The notes: generated by a model not told the origin, from the letters alone. Positions 36,886 through 46,536 are shown, numbered from the stretch's first letter. The stretch is DNA of 64,000 bases from an uncultured Polynucleobacter sp. (GCA_964402975.1 CAYOEM010000003.1:21766-85765), one strand, 5' to 3'. Translations and numbers: made by a program.

Positions 36886-36902
36886 ATTATTCCCCCTAGT
36901 AT

Positions 36903-38954
36903 TTATTCGCCAAGCTTAAGTTCGCGGTAAGCACCTTTATCTGTCTTCAGGGTTCTCATGTCGGCTGCTGCTTGCGATTTTTTTGGTGTTTTGCCTGCGG
37001 GAAATAGGGCTGTAATTCCTTGATCAGACGGGTTGCCGTAGTCTGGATCGATTGTCACTGGAACCAAACCGTCAGCCGGAGGCCAAGGTGTTGTCGGCAG
37101 ACCGATGGTAACGAGACCATCGAGGAACGTTTTCCAAATCGGTAATGCCAGCGATGTACCACTTGATGCATCTCCCAACGGCGAATGGCCGTCACCGCCG
37201 ACCCAGACAGTCGCCACGATATCTCGCGTGCAACCTGCAAACCAATTATCTCTTGAATCATCAGATGTTCCGGTCTTCCCGGCCGCATAGGGTGCCATGT
37301 AGGCGATGGAGCTGGCGGTCCCGTATGAAAGTACGGCTTGTAGGCCTGAGCGAAGCTGCTCGGCGACATCAGTTTCTAGGGCTTTAATGGGTGACTGCGT
37401 TCCGGGATCGTAGGAGAATAATACATTCCCATCGCGGTCCTCGATTTTGGTAATCGAATAAGATTCGTGCCGCAGGCCTTGGTTAGCAATTGTCCTGTAG
37501 ATTGCGTCTACGTCGAACATGGTGGCGCTAAATCCTCCAATGGCGACACCTGTCTCAAGTTTCATGGGAGACCTCACACCCATCAGTTCAGCGCGGTCAA
37601 TAACCGTTTGCATTCCGTATTTTTGCGCTAAGCTGATAACCGGTGTATTCAAAGACTTTGCCAAGGCTTTGACCAAGGTGGCCTCGGTCATGTCGTCGCC
37701 TTTGTGGTTTTTGGGTCGAAATTTTCCGACTGCAACTGGACTGGCATAAACCAAGTCTGACCAAACCATACCGTGCTCCAAGGCGAGGCTGAAAACCACA
37801 GGTTTGAACGCCGAACCAGGCGATCTTTTTGCTGTTACAGCCCTGTTGAATTGAGATTCTCGAAAGTTTCGCCCACCCAGCATGGCTAGCACGGCGCCCG
37901 TTTTGGGATCGGTCGCAAGAAGTGCTGCTTCGATCCTTTCGGGGGGCTTTTGCCGTCGTCGCGGATTGTCATTGATTTTGGTTTGCAGAGCTTCAAGTGC
38001 CCCTGTATTTTCAGATACTGCGCGATTGGCGACCTCTTGGAAGTTGCGATCAAGAGTTGTCGTTATTTTATAGCCACGGTCGTTGAGAACCGTGTCATCC
38101 TCTCCGAGTAATACCCCAACTTCGTTTCGGATCCACGATATAAAGAACGGCGCAATCGTCTCGTTGATTGGCACCCAAGGCTTAAATTCGAGAGGCTTAT
38201 TTCGCGCCTCTTCAATCTCTTCTTTTGTTGCGAGTTTAGAGTCAAGCAGAGCATCCAAAACAACTTTTTGCCGCTTTATGGCGCCCTGAGGGTTTTTGTG
38301 TGGATCGTAGGCACTGGGTGCTTGAAAAAGACCAGCCATTAAAGAAAATTCGGCCAATGACAATTCTGGAAGAGGCTTTCCAAAATAGACGACCGCTGCT
38401 GCACCAACGCCGTAAGCGCCGTGCCCCATGTACATGGTATTGAGGTAGAGCTCCAAAATTCTCTCTTTTGATAAGTTTTTTTCTACATAATAGGAGAGAA
38501 TAATCTCTCTTAATTTTCTTGAGACCTTTTTTTCGCGGGTTAAAAGGTAATTCTTGACCAATTGCATCGTGATCGTCGAGCCGCCCTGTTTGAGGCGCCC
38601 AGATGTTATAACGCTAAAAAACGCGCGAAGCATCGAGCGCCAGTTGACGCCTTCGTGCTCGAAAAACTTTCTGTCTTCGATCGCTAAAAGCGAATGAACC
38701 ATGCCGCGCGGAATGTCTTTGTAGGCGAACTCAATATGAAAGTGGTTGTAGTATTCCCCAATTTTATTACCCGTGCGGTCGAAAACCACGGAATTGTCGG
38801 GGATGATGGCCGCTGTCAGTTTTTTAATCTGCTCGTCTTCACTCTCAAAAACGCCAGACGACCAAAGGTAACTGCCCAGCGCTATCATCGCGACGATTAA
38901 AACGCCTGATATGACAGCTAAAACTCTGACCTTGTGCTGGCGCTCCATGATCAA
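36903..38954 (-). CDS. mrcA: Bifunctional penicillin-binding protein 1A (glycosyltransferase GT51 + transpeptidase)
   Basis: N-terminal TM segment. GT51 motifs EDRKFFEHEGV, GGSTITMQLVKN and RKLRE are present. Transpeptidase motifs RSPGSAFKP (SxxK), SLN and KTGTS are present. Confidence 0.92.
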   Translation of the reverse strand: MIMERQHKVRVLAVISGVLIVAMIALGSYLWSSGVFESEDEQIKKLTAAIIPDNSVVFDRTGNKIGEYYNHFHIEFAYKDIPRGMVHSLLAIEDRKFFEHEGVNWRSMLRAFFSVITSGRLKQGGSTITMQLVKNYLLTREKKVSRKLREIILSYYVEKNLSKERILELYLNTMYMGHGAYGVGAAAVVYFGKPLPELSLAEFSLMAGLFQAPSAYDPHKNPQGAIKRQKVVLDALLDSKLATKEEIEEARNKPLEFKPWVPINETIAPFFISWIRNEVGVLLGEDDTVLNDRGYKITTTLDRNFQEVANRAVSENTGALEALQTKINDNPRRRQKPPERIEAALLATDPKTGAVLAMLGGRNFRESQFNRAVTAKRSPGSAFKPVVFSLALEHGMVWSDLVYASPVAVGKFRPKNHKGDDMTEATLVKALAKSLNTPVISLAQKYGMQTVIDRAELMGVRSPMKLETGVAIGGFSATMFDVDAIYRTIANQGLRHESYSITKIEDRDGNVLFSYDPGTQSPIKALETDVAEQLRSGLQAVLSYGTASSIAYMAPYAAGKTGTSDDSRDNWFAGCTRDIVATVWVGGDGHSPLGDASSGTSLALPIWKTFLDGLVTIGLPTTPWPPADGLVPVTIDPDYGNPSDQGITALFPAGKTPKKSQAAADMRTLKTDKGAYRELKLGE

Positions 38955-39109
38955 CCGAGACCTCCTTCGAGAAGCTGACGACTATAGCATCTAAGTTACC
39001 GATTAGAAAGAAGAAATAATGGTGTCAACGGGCTTGGGTTTTGGTATGGTTTTGCCGTCTAGGTCAGTGGGTCAACCATGTGTGACTAAACTTTGGGGGC
39101 GACTGGGCG

Positions 39110-39697
39110 GTGCGAATAATATCAATTTTTATGATTATATTTGGATTTTGCCCGGTAGCTGTTGCGGCAGACCGGGGGACTGATCAAGGAACGGTGGTCT
39201 CATCCCGTAATGATCTGGCTCGGTTTGATGTTCACGTAGGTCTTGCAAACCCATCTCCGGCCATTTCCGCTGACGCATCCGCTCTGATGACTAAATATCC
39301 TCTGGATGCATTAGGTGTTGGTATAGGTTTTTCGAGGCATGAACTGGTTCAAGATAATGCTCGATTCTCTGATGAGCATATGGACCTCATTTGGGAGCAT
39401 TCTTGGCCGATTTTTTCTGGATATCACGCGTTTCGTTTTCGAGGCGGCCTTGGTCTCGCAAAGGCTCATCGCGCGATGGATAAGAATGTGGCGAATTTAG
39501 CCGGCGACGATCCTAGCCGCATATACTGGGGTGCCCACGTTCGTGCGTCGATTGGCTTCGACTTCCCCCTTGCAGACCTCGTTTGGGCGCGTTTGGGTTT
39601 TAACGCTCAAAAGATACTTCTGGAGCGTACTCCCACACAAAGTTCGGTGATCGGTGGCTTAGTTTGGGGTGGTCAGTGGTTCGGTATCGGTGATTGA
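39110..39697 (+). CDS. Small secreted protein, possibly outer-membrane beta-barrel (hypothetical)
   Basis: Signal peptide (MRIISIFMIIFGFCPVAVAA) and a Gly/aromatic-rich body. A terminator follows immediately. Confidence 0.5.
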   Translation: MRIISIFMIIFGFCPVAVAADRGTDQGTVVSSRNDLARFDVHVGLANPSPAISADASALMTKYPLDALGVGIGFSRHELVQDNARFSDEHMDLIWEHSWPIFSGYHAFRFRGGLGLAKAHRAMDKNVANLAGDDPSRIYWGAHVRASIGFDFPLADLVWARLGFNAQKILLERTPTQSSVIGGLVWGGQWFGIGD

Positions 39698-39738
39698 CAT
39701 GGATGGGCCCGCAAACAGTTGCGGGTCCATGTCGTTTT
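39698..39738 (+). terminator. Rho-independent terminator
   Basis: CATGGA..CCCGCAA-ACAG-TTGCGGG-TCCATG forms a 13-bp stem with a 4-nt bulge, followed by TCGTTTT. Confidence 0.7.
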
Positions 39739-39819
39739 GATATGATGGCTGCAAATTTTTTCATGATTTCATCTTGTTAGGTTTCAATTTTTTTTGCGAT
39801 ATGAACAGTGGAGGTTTGT

Positions 39820-40653
39820 ATGAGTTTGTCGTTTCTAATCTCAGTATTGTTGTCTTTTTCCATCTTTGCAAGTCAAGCCGCCGCAGCCGATGATAAAGAG
39901 TTAAAAGCAAAGTTCACAACCACGGAAGGCGTTTTCGAGGCGAAACTTTTTTATAAGGAAGCTCCCCAAACAGTTTCCAACTTTGTCGAACTTGCTCGAA
40001 AGGGTTTTTATAACGGACTGATTTTTCATCGAGTGATTCCGGATTTCATGATTCAAGGTGGAGATCCCAAGGGTAATGGCACAGGTGGTCCTGGGTATAC
40101 TTTTTCAGATGAGTTTGATCCCTCCTTAAAACATTCCAAACCCGGGATGCTGTCTATGGCAAATAGTGGCCCCAACACGAACGGTAGCCAATTTTTTGTT
40201 ACCGTAAAAGAGACTCCGCATCTTGACAATAGGCATTCAATTTTTGGCGAGGTTGTTTCCGGGTACGACGTTGTGAAGAAGATTTCTCTTGTAAAGGCGT
40301 CAAACGACAAGCCGCTGAAGGACGTAAAAATCGAGAAGCTTGAGATTTTGGGTGATTGGTTCAAACCAGTTGAAGTCAAGAAATCCAAGGAACTCACTCA
40401 GGACGACATTAAAAACATTTCAAAACGTCCCGTGGAGTCCCTATTGTCAAAGATTGGGGACAGTCAGGGATTTGGCTCCTTGTCCCAGGCGACATTTACT
40501 GATGGTATGGCCAGGGGCGACCAAATTCAGGTGCGCTATACGGCCAATTACTCGAAGTCAAAGGGCGCCCAGTTTATCGGAATATTCTCCGTGAAAAATG
40601 GTAAAACGGCAGAAGTGCAGCAATTTCAGTTTGCGCGCGGACAAGGGCAATAA
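39820..40653 (+). CDS. Cyclophilin-type peptidyl-prolyl cis-trans isomerase with signal peptide and an extra C-terminal domain of about 80 aa
   Basis: [42 protein letters not shown] and HLD..H.IFG. The ATG at 39820 has GGAGG 6 nt upstream; the track ORF starts at GTG 39808. Confidence 0.9.
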   Translation: MSLSFLISVLLSFSIFASQAAAADDKELKAKFTTTEGVFEAKLFYKEAPQTVSNFVELARKGFYNGLIFHRVIPDFMIQGGDPKGNGTGGPGYTFSDEFDPSLKHSKPGMLSMANSGPNTNGSQFFVTVKETPHLDNRHSIFGEVVSGYDVVKKISLVKASNDKPLKDVKIEKLEILGDWFKPVEVKKSKELTQDDIKNISKRPVESLLSKIGDSQGFGSLSQATFTDGMARGDQIQVRYTANYSKSKGAQFIGIFSVKNGKTAEVQQFQFARGQGQ

Positions 40654-40656
40654 ATT

Positions 40657-41760
40657 TTGGTCAATGAAGGGTCATCCATTACACCCAAGACCGCTCTCGA
40701 GTCGGATGACGATTTAAACGAGTTGTATGACGCTGAGAGGTCTGCGGGTCGGTGGTATCGCCGGCGGCGGTACTGGGCGCTCTTCGTTGTCGTCATTTTT
40801 TTGATTTGGTTTGTCCCTTTTGTTCCGGCCCTATTTTTATCGACAATTACGGTCACGCGATTAGACGCGCGAGGTGATCCAATTGAAGTCGACGTGGGTC
40901 GGGGAACAAAGCAATGGGTTGATATCGAAAAGGTCTCGCGTCACTTGGTTAATGCCGTGATCGTGGCTGAGGATGCAAAGTTTTACCGACATCATGGTTT
41001 TGATTTTCAGGCTATCGCCAAGGCCATAGAGCTGAATCGGAAAAAAGGGCGATACGTCCGTGGAGCCTCTACCATCAGTCAGCAAGTGGTAAAGATTGCA
41101 TTCTTAAGCCGAGAAAAGACCATCGTTCGCAAAGTCAGAGAAGCCATGGGGACTTTGTTACTCGAAGTTCTTATGTCAAAAGATCAAATCTTAGAGTGGT
41201 ACATCAATCTCTGTGAGTTTGGTGGTGGTATTTATGGTGTGAAGTCGGCCGGCGCATATTACTTCAAAACCAGGCCAGAACTTCTAACGATCGAGCAGGC
41301 CGTAAACTTGGCGGTGGTTATTCCTAGTCCTAACAAATGGAGTAAGGGCTTGCGATCAAAATCATTGACACAATTTGGGCAAAAACGATTCGCTCGTATT
41401 GTGAATAACCTTTACTTAGCGAATTACATAACTGACGTTCAGCGCCAGACCGCGCTAGCCCGTGGAAACTTTGGATACCCAATAACAGGTTATGGCGCCC
41501 TCAGTGGTGATGATGACGATTGCGGCGGGGATAAGGAGTGTGAGGATGGTGCATCCGATGCGCGAGATGTTAATCAGACGCCCGCCGCGCCACCAGAAAA
41601 CGCGCCCAACGTGGGCGTCAGTACTCCGCAAGTTGGAGGCGAGATGGAGCAGCCAACGGCCCCGGTAGAGACGCCGACCGACCAGGTCGTTCAACCCAAC
41701 GAAGACGACGACGCCGACGGCGATGATGCTATGGAACCGGCAGCGGAGGGACAGCCTTGA
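40657..41760 (+). CDS. mtgA: Monofunctional peptidoglycan glycosyltransferase (GT51) with an acidic C-terminal tail
   Basis: TM anchor, then AEDAKFYRHHGFD, GASTISQQVVK and RKVRE. There is no transpeptidase domain. The last ~90 aa are D/E/P-rich. Confidence 0.85.
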   Translation: MVNEGSSITPKTALESDDDLNELYDAERSAGRWYRRRRYWALFVVVIFLIWFVPFVPALFLSTITVTRLDARGDPIEVDVGRGTKQWVDIEKVSRHLVNAVIVAEDAKFYRHHGFDFQAIAKAIELNRKKGRYVRGASTISQQVVKIAFLSREKTIVRKVREAMGTLLLEVLMSKDQILEWYINLCEFGGGIYGVKSAGAYYFKTRPELLTIEQAVNLAVVIPSPNKWSKGLRSKSLTQFGQKRFARIVNNLYLANYITDVQRQTALARGNFGYPITGYGALSGDDDDCGGDKECEDGASDARDVNQTPAAPPENAPNVGVSTPQVGGEMEQPTAPVETPTDQVVQPNEDDDADGDDAMEPAAEGQP

Positions 41761-42602
41761 GCTCTCTATACTCCGTCATTGTTGCAGCGCAGTCATTTTA
41801 CTTTTGGTCCATCGTAGCTCTTGGCGCTTGCATCGGTTCATTTATGAACGTTTGCATCCTTCGAATTCCAGAGCAGAGTTTTTTTAATCATTTGCGTTCA
41901 GTTTGTCCGTCTTGTGGAAAACAAATTCCAGCGTGGTTAAACATACCCATTTTCAGTTTTGTTATGCTAAGGGGTCGCGCCCAATGTTGCAGCGCAAAAT
42001 TATCGTGGCAGTATCCTTTGATTGAAATAGCCGGCGCGCTGATTTTTGCCGGAATGTATCTCAAATTTCCATTTTTAGGTTGGTCAATTTCAGGTTCAGA
42101 ATTTGAAATCAATCTGTTTATTCGATGGATGCACGCATCATTATTTGTGTCGCTTATGCTTGTCATGAGTGTGATTGACGCCAAGCTCATGATTATTCCG
42201 GACGTTTTAAGTATAGGAATGATTATTACCAGCCCCATCGTTGTCTTGGTACATCCTGATTTGGATTTTAAGTCGTCGGCAGTGGGTGTTTTTTTGGGGG
42301 GCGGAATTCTCTACCTTGTGGCTTGGATATATTGGTTGATACGCCGGGAATATGGCCTTGGTTTTGGAGATGTAAAATTACTTGCTGCAATTGGTGGGTG
42401 GCTAGGTTGGCAGGCGGTTTTCCCCACATTATTTCTGGGCAGTATTACCGGGACATTGGTGGCTGTGGCCATTATGTTAACGGCCAGACGATTCTCTTGG
42501 CAGATGAAAATTCCATTTGGACCTTACCTTGCAATCGGAGCTGTGAGTCATCTTTTATGGGGCGCTGAGTTTTTCTTGTTTTTCGTTGGTAGCCAGCCAT
42601 AA
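41757..42602 (+). CDS. pilD: Prepilin peptidase (A24 family, type IV pilin leader peptidase/N-methyltransferase)
   Basis: CPSCGKQI....NIP..SF..LRGR..CC...S..YPLIE is the DiS_P_DiS zinc-ribbon region. The protein is polytopic with GFGDVKL. The TTG start overlaps the mtgA stop (TTGA). Confidence 0.9.
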   Translation: MSSLYSVIVAAQSFYFWSIVALGACIGSFMNVCILRIPEQSFFNHLRSVCPSCGKQIPAWLNIPIFSFVMLRGRAQCCSAKLSWQYPLIEIAGALIFAGMYLKFPFLGWSISGSEFEINLFIRWMHASLFVSLMLVMSVIDAKLMIIPDVLSIGMIITSPIVVLVHPDLDFKSSAVGVFLGGGILYLVAWIYWLIRREYGLGFGDVKLLAAIGGWLGWQAVFPTLFLGSITGTLVAVAIMLTARRFSWQMKIPFGPYLAIGAVSHLLWGAEFFLFFVGSQP

Positions 42603-42782
42603 AATTAAACCTATGAGTAATTGGTATTGTGACAAAGTAGTCCGCAAACGGCTTTGATTACAGTGCTATTCTTCCGCTTTGGTATGGGGATGTTGTGTGA
42701 TCCTTTGGTTTCAGGGGTTGTGAATTAGGGGTATAATTGGTCAAAGGGTTTCTGCGGCATTTTGTATTTTGGGAGATAGATC

Positions 42783-43928
42783 GTGGCGTCCGATATGAGT
42801 TCGAGTAATGATGTGAGAACGGCCGCGGCGCTGGCAGCTTTTAGATCGCCTCCTGCGGTGTATGGAACCTTCCAAGGTACCCAGCTGGAGTTTGCGCGAT
42901 ACTGTTCTGAACAATTTGAGTCGGAAGTCAGCTTGAAAGGGCTTTTGCGAAAACTGGTTGCCATGATGGCAAGTTGGACTGGCATTGATAGGGTTGAGTA
43001 CTTTACGACGGCTTCAGTTGACCAGGGTATACGAGTCGAGGAAACGCAGATATCTTTTCCTGGTGAGAAAAGCTTTGACGACCAATCCGCGCAGGATATT
43101 GCTCAGGCCTTGAAAAATCGCGTGGAACTCGCAAAGTCAGAGACTTATGGGATGGCCTTGCTGACTATGCAGGGACAGAGTCACTGGTGCGCAAAATTTT
43201 CGGGACCTCGTGGGGCCGAGGGGTTTCTCGTCTGGACCGTGCAGGATTTCATGCGAGGCACCAGTAATCCCGCGCATCAGTCTGGAGCTTCCGAGGGTCG
43301 TCAACAGCTTGAATTTTTGGTGGAGTCCGCGCAGCAGGCCGCTAAGTGGCTGCTACGCCTCGACCATGCTCAAGCTTTATTGTACGAGGATGATGTAACT
43401 GGATTGTTTAACTTCAGGTATCTTGATGTCGCACTCGATAGCGAGTTTCGGCGTCTTCAAAGATTCCATTCCCCATTTAGCGTTCTTTTTATTGATATCG
43501 ACAACTTCAAGCAAGTTAATGATATCCATGGTCACCTTGTTGGTAGCAGTATCTTGCGACAGGTGGGAGCGCAGATTAGATCAGCCCTGCGGGACGTGGA
43601 TGTCGTCATTCGCTACGGCGGCGATGAGTTTGTTGTTGTTCTGATTGGCACAAATAGTACCCAGGCATTACAGGCTGCTGAGCGGGTTCGAAACCAAGTC
43701 AGTCGATTTGGATTTTCAGGCGAGGGGCATTCTGAAAGTATCAGTGTGACCGCTTCGATCGGTGTGGCGTCTTGCCCCCAGCATGCACGTGATAAACAGT
43801 CGCTTTTGAAGTTGGCTGACGAAACCATGTATGCCGCTAAACGTAGCGGAAAGAATCGAGTGATTATGGTTCAAGACAAGTTTGATCAGATTGCGGGCAG
43901 TTTGACGCTGCCAAGGGGAGCTAAATAA
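42783..43928 (+). CDS. Diguanylate cyclase (GGDEF) with an uncharacterised N-terminal sensor domain
   Basis: DIDNFKQVND..GH and RYGGDEFVVVL are present. An RxxD I-site (RDVD) lies 5 residues upstream of GGDEF. Confidence 0.88.
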   Translation: MASDMSSSNDVRTAAALAAFRSPPAVYGTFQGTQLEFARYCSEQFESEVSLKGLLRKLVAMMASWTGIDRVEYFTTASVDQGIRVEETQISFPGEKSFDDQSAQDIAQALKNRVELAKSETYGMALLTMQGQSHWCAKFSGPRGAEGFLVWTVQDFMRGTSNPAHQSGASEGRQQLEFLVESAQQAAKWLLRLDHAQALLYEDDVTGLFNFRYLDVALDSEFRRLQRFHSPFSVLFIDIDNFKQVNDIHGHLVGSSILRQVGAQIRSALRDVDVVIRYGGDEFVVVLIGTNSTQALQAAERVRNQVSRFGFSGEGHSESISVTASIGVASCPQHARDKQSLLKLADETMYAAKRSGKNRVIMVQDKFDQIAGSLTLPRGAK

Positions 43929-44440
43929 TGGGTCAAACTACGGCGGCAGCTGCTCCGAAGCCAGTGTCTTTGAGTCAGGTAACAATGACGGAAATGGTTT
44001 TACCTCAGCATACTAATGCACTAGGCAGTGTTTTTGGCGGCACTGTCATGAGTTGGGTTGATATAGCAGCGGCTACGTGTGCCATGCGACATTCGGCTCG
44101 GCAAGTTGTCACGGCAAGCGTGGATGCCATGCATTTTTTAGCACCCGTAAGACTTGGCTGGATCATAACAATTCAGGCATCCGTTAACTACGTGGGCGGA
44201 ACTAGTTGTGAGATTGGAGTCAAAGTAACATCAGAAAATCCTATCTCAGGCGAGCGATTTCATAATGCGTCAGCCTATTTGACATTTGTTGCGCTTGATA
44301 GCCATAGTCGTCCGACTGCGATCCCTGGCTTGATCCTGCAGTCAGACGATGAGCGACGAAGAAACTCCGCTGCTCGTCTTCGGCGTGAGAGTCGATTGAA
44401 ACTGAAAAACGAACTGCATGTCCGTCGCGACAATACATAA
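43928..44440 (+). CDS. Hotdog-fold acyl-CoA thioesterase (YciA/Acot-like)
   Basis: LPQHTNALGSVFGGTVMSWVDIAA and VTASVD.M.F..PV. The ATG overlaps the GGDEF gene's stop by 1 nt (TAATG). Confidence 0.85.
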   Translation: MGQTTAAAAPKPVSLSQVTMTEMVLPQHTNALGSVFGGTVMSWVDIAAATCAMRHSARQVVTASVDAMHFLAPVRLGWIITIQASVNYVGGTSCEIGVKVTSENPISGERFHNASAYLTFVALDSHSRPTAIPGLILQSDDERRRNSAARLRRESRLKLKNELHVRRDNT

Positions 44441-45779
44441 TAAGAGAACGAATCTTTTCGTCTCGTTTTTTTCGACACTATCGGTTGTCATGGTCGTGGC
44501 CGTCTGGCCGGTCTATGGGCAGAGACTAGTGCCGCCCATGCCTAAAGATATGAAAACGACCCGAGTGAGTATGATGACTGTTGGCGCCGGAGAAGCGCTA
44601 TACTCAAGATATGGTCATACGATGTTGAGGGTCATGGACTCCTCAAACAATCTAGATTATTTGGTTAATTGGGGGATATTCGATTACTCCGATCCGTTCT
44701 TTATCCCCAAGTTTTTCCGCGGCGTTATGATCTATCAACTTGGGTTCACCGGCACTGGCCCGACAATTGATTATTATCGCGACGTGGAGCGTCGACCCAT
44801 AGTCGAAAGCGAATTAATATTGACGACTCGGCAAAAGCAGAAACTGTTTGATAAGATTTTTTTGAATGCATTGCCAGAAAACTATAGGTATCCGTACCAA
44901 TACTTTAGAAACAACTGTGCCACTATAACTAGGGACTATCTTGACGAGGTTCTCGGAGGGGCTATAAAAGCCAAGTATCAAGGTGTTTCAGCCGGCGTTA
45001 CGTACCGAGATTATTCCCGACAGAATTTTGCAAGTCACACCATCGTAGGTTGGGGATTGGATGTTCTTTTTAATAGTGATACGGACCGGATATTATCGCG
45101 ATGGGAGGAAATGTTTTATCCTCCGAAGCTTCGTGAGTATCTTGCAAAGATGCCAAGTTTGGATGACGAGGGGCGCCCGCATCCTTATCTTAAGCTTTTG
45201 TCGCCGCAGAATGTTGTTGTAAATCTGCCAGAGCCCAGCCATTACGCCATTGATGGGTACTACCTGACCTGGGCGATATCGGGCGTTCCGCTGTTCTTGA
45301 TTGGCATGATGATGCTTGCCAGATGGCGCCAGTCGCGAATAGATTTGCCCGCTTGGTGCTTTCGTCTATTCGGCTTCGCAAGTCTTTGGTGGGGAATGAC
45401 GCATGGTTTTTTTGGTTTGATACACCTTGGGGCTTGGATGTTTTCTAGTCATACAGATCTGCATAAAAACATGAATATGATTATGTTTTGGCCGATTGAT
45501 ATGTTGATTCTGGTGGTGGGCATTCAAATGGGTATACTCGGTCGAGATTGGCGTTTTAAGGGGCGGCTTTCAAAAGAATTCTGGCATAAATTTGCGAAAC
45601 TACACATTTTGGCGATTCCAGTTTTCGCAATTGTGTCGATTTCGGGGGTGTCTTCGCAGAATACGGCTCGTGTCCTGGCCTACCTGACGCCGCTAACTCT
45701 GCTATACTATCTTGTGATGGTCAGGCTGACCCTGTGTGAGAGGGCCTCCGGACCGAAGGGGCAATCATCCTATGCATGA
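44418..45779 (+). CDS. DUF4105 (Lnb-like N-terminal periplasmic domain) membrane protein
   Basis: Signal/TM segment, then YSRYGHTMLRV and NNCAT motifs typical of DUF4105 as I recall it. The C-terminal third has several hydrophobic TM segments. It overlaps the thioesterase gene by 23 nt. Confidence 0.7.
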   Translation: MSVATIHNKRTNLFVSFFSTLSVVMVVAVWPVYGQRLVPPMPKDMKTTRVSMMTVGAGEALYSRYGHTMLRVMDSSNNLDYLVNWGIFDYSDPFFIPKFFRGVMIYQLGFTGTGPTIDYYRDVERRPIVESELILTTRQKQKLFDKIFLNALPENYRYPYQYFRNNCATITRDYLDEVLGGAIKAKYQGVSAGVTYRDYSRQNFASHTIVGWGLDVLFNSDTDRILSRWEEMFYPPKLREYLAKMPSLDDEGRPHPYLKLLSPQNVVVNLPEPSHYAIDGYYLTWAISGVPLFLIGMMMLARWRQSRIDLPAWCFRLFGFASLWWGMTHGFFGLIHLGAWMFSSHTDLHKNMNMIMFWPIDMLILVVGIQMGILGRDWRFKGRLSKEFWHKFAKLHILAIPVFAIVSISGVSSQNTARVLAYLTPLTLLYYLVMVRLTLCERASGPKGQSSYA

Positions 45780-46536
45780 AACACGGAAGCATTTAGCTGA
45801 CCTCTTTGATAGAGGAAAAAATGGTGAGAGCGAGGCCTTTGAAGCTCTCCTCGCTGCTGAAAGCGGACGTCTTTTTGACTATTTAATGCGGATGAACGGT
45901 CAAATTTCTCGATCATATGAGATTATGCAAGAGTCATTGAACGGTATCCGTCATATAGCTGACCAAAAAGAAGACCTACAGGATCTTCTTGTTGTTCTCT
46001 ATAAGACTGCCAGATCTTTTTCCATCGAGATATGGAATGCCGATACCTCCAAACTGGAGAATTCTGCTTATTTTTCAAATGCAGGTAATGAGATCGATTC
46101 GAAAACCGCAATCCAGCTTGTTGAATTGGAGAAAGTTTTAAGATCACTTCCTGCTAAACAGCGTGAGACTGTTCTTTTGAAATCTCGATTTGGATTCGCA
46201 GAAGAAGATATAGTTGCGATAACTGGGTACTCAGCAGATGACGTTCAGGAGTTCTTATCTCAAAGTATGAGTGTGCTCGAGGCGGCCACGGATCTAAATT
46301 CGCAGAAGATTGCGAAATTCATGGGTCTTCTTTTATTTTTTCCAGTTCCTGATCAAGGGGACCAGGGGACTCAGAATCTTAGCTTAGTTGTGCGTGATCT
46401 AAAAAAGTCATCAAAATCTGTCCGTATTGGTCTTATTCGAGTTATTAGCGGATTGTTTTTGATTATCGTCGTTACTTTTATTGTTCTAAACTTCAGGTTA
46501 ATATCTGACTACTTGCAAGCTATTTTGGAGCTTTAG
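45772..46536 (+). CDS. ECF-type sigma-70 family protein with a C-terminal transmembrane anchor
   Basis: The region-2-like segment is EAFEALLAAESGRLFDYLMRMNG. The region-4 segment is LPAKQRETVLLKSRFGFAEEDIVAITGYSADDVQEFL. The C-terminal hydrophobic helix is IGLIRVISGLFLIIVVTFIVL. The preferred ATG at 45772 gives an ATGCATGA overlap with the upstream stop. Confidence 0.6.
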   Translation: MHETRKHLADLFDRGKNGESEAFEALLAAESGRLFDYLMRMNGQISRSYEIMQESLNGIRHIADQKEDLQDLLVVLYKTARSFSIEIWNADTSKLENSAYFSNAGNEIDSKTAIQLVELEKVLRSLPAKQRETVLLKSRFGFAEEDIVAITGYSADDVQEFLSQSMSVLEAATDLNSQKIAKFMGLLLFFPVPDQGDQGTQNLSLVVRDLKKSSKSVRIGLIRVISGLFLIIVVTFIVLNFRLISDYLQAILEL

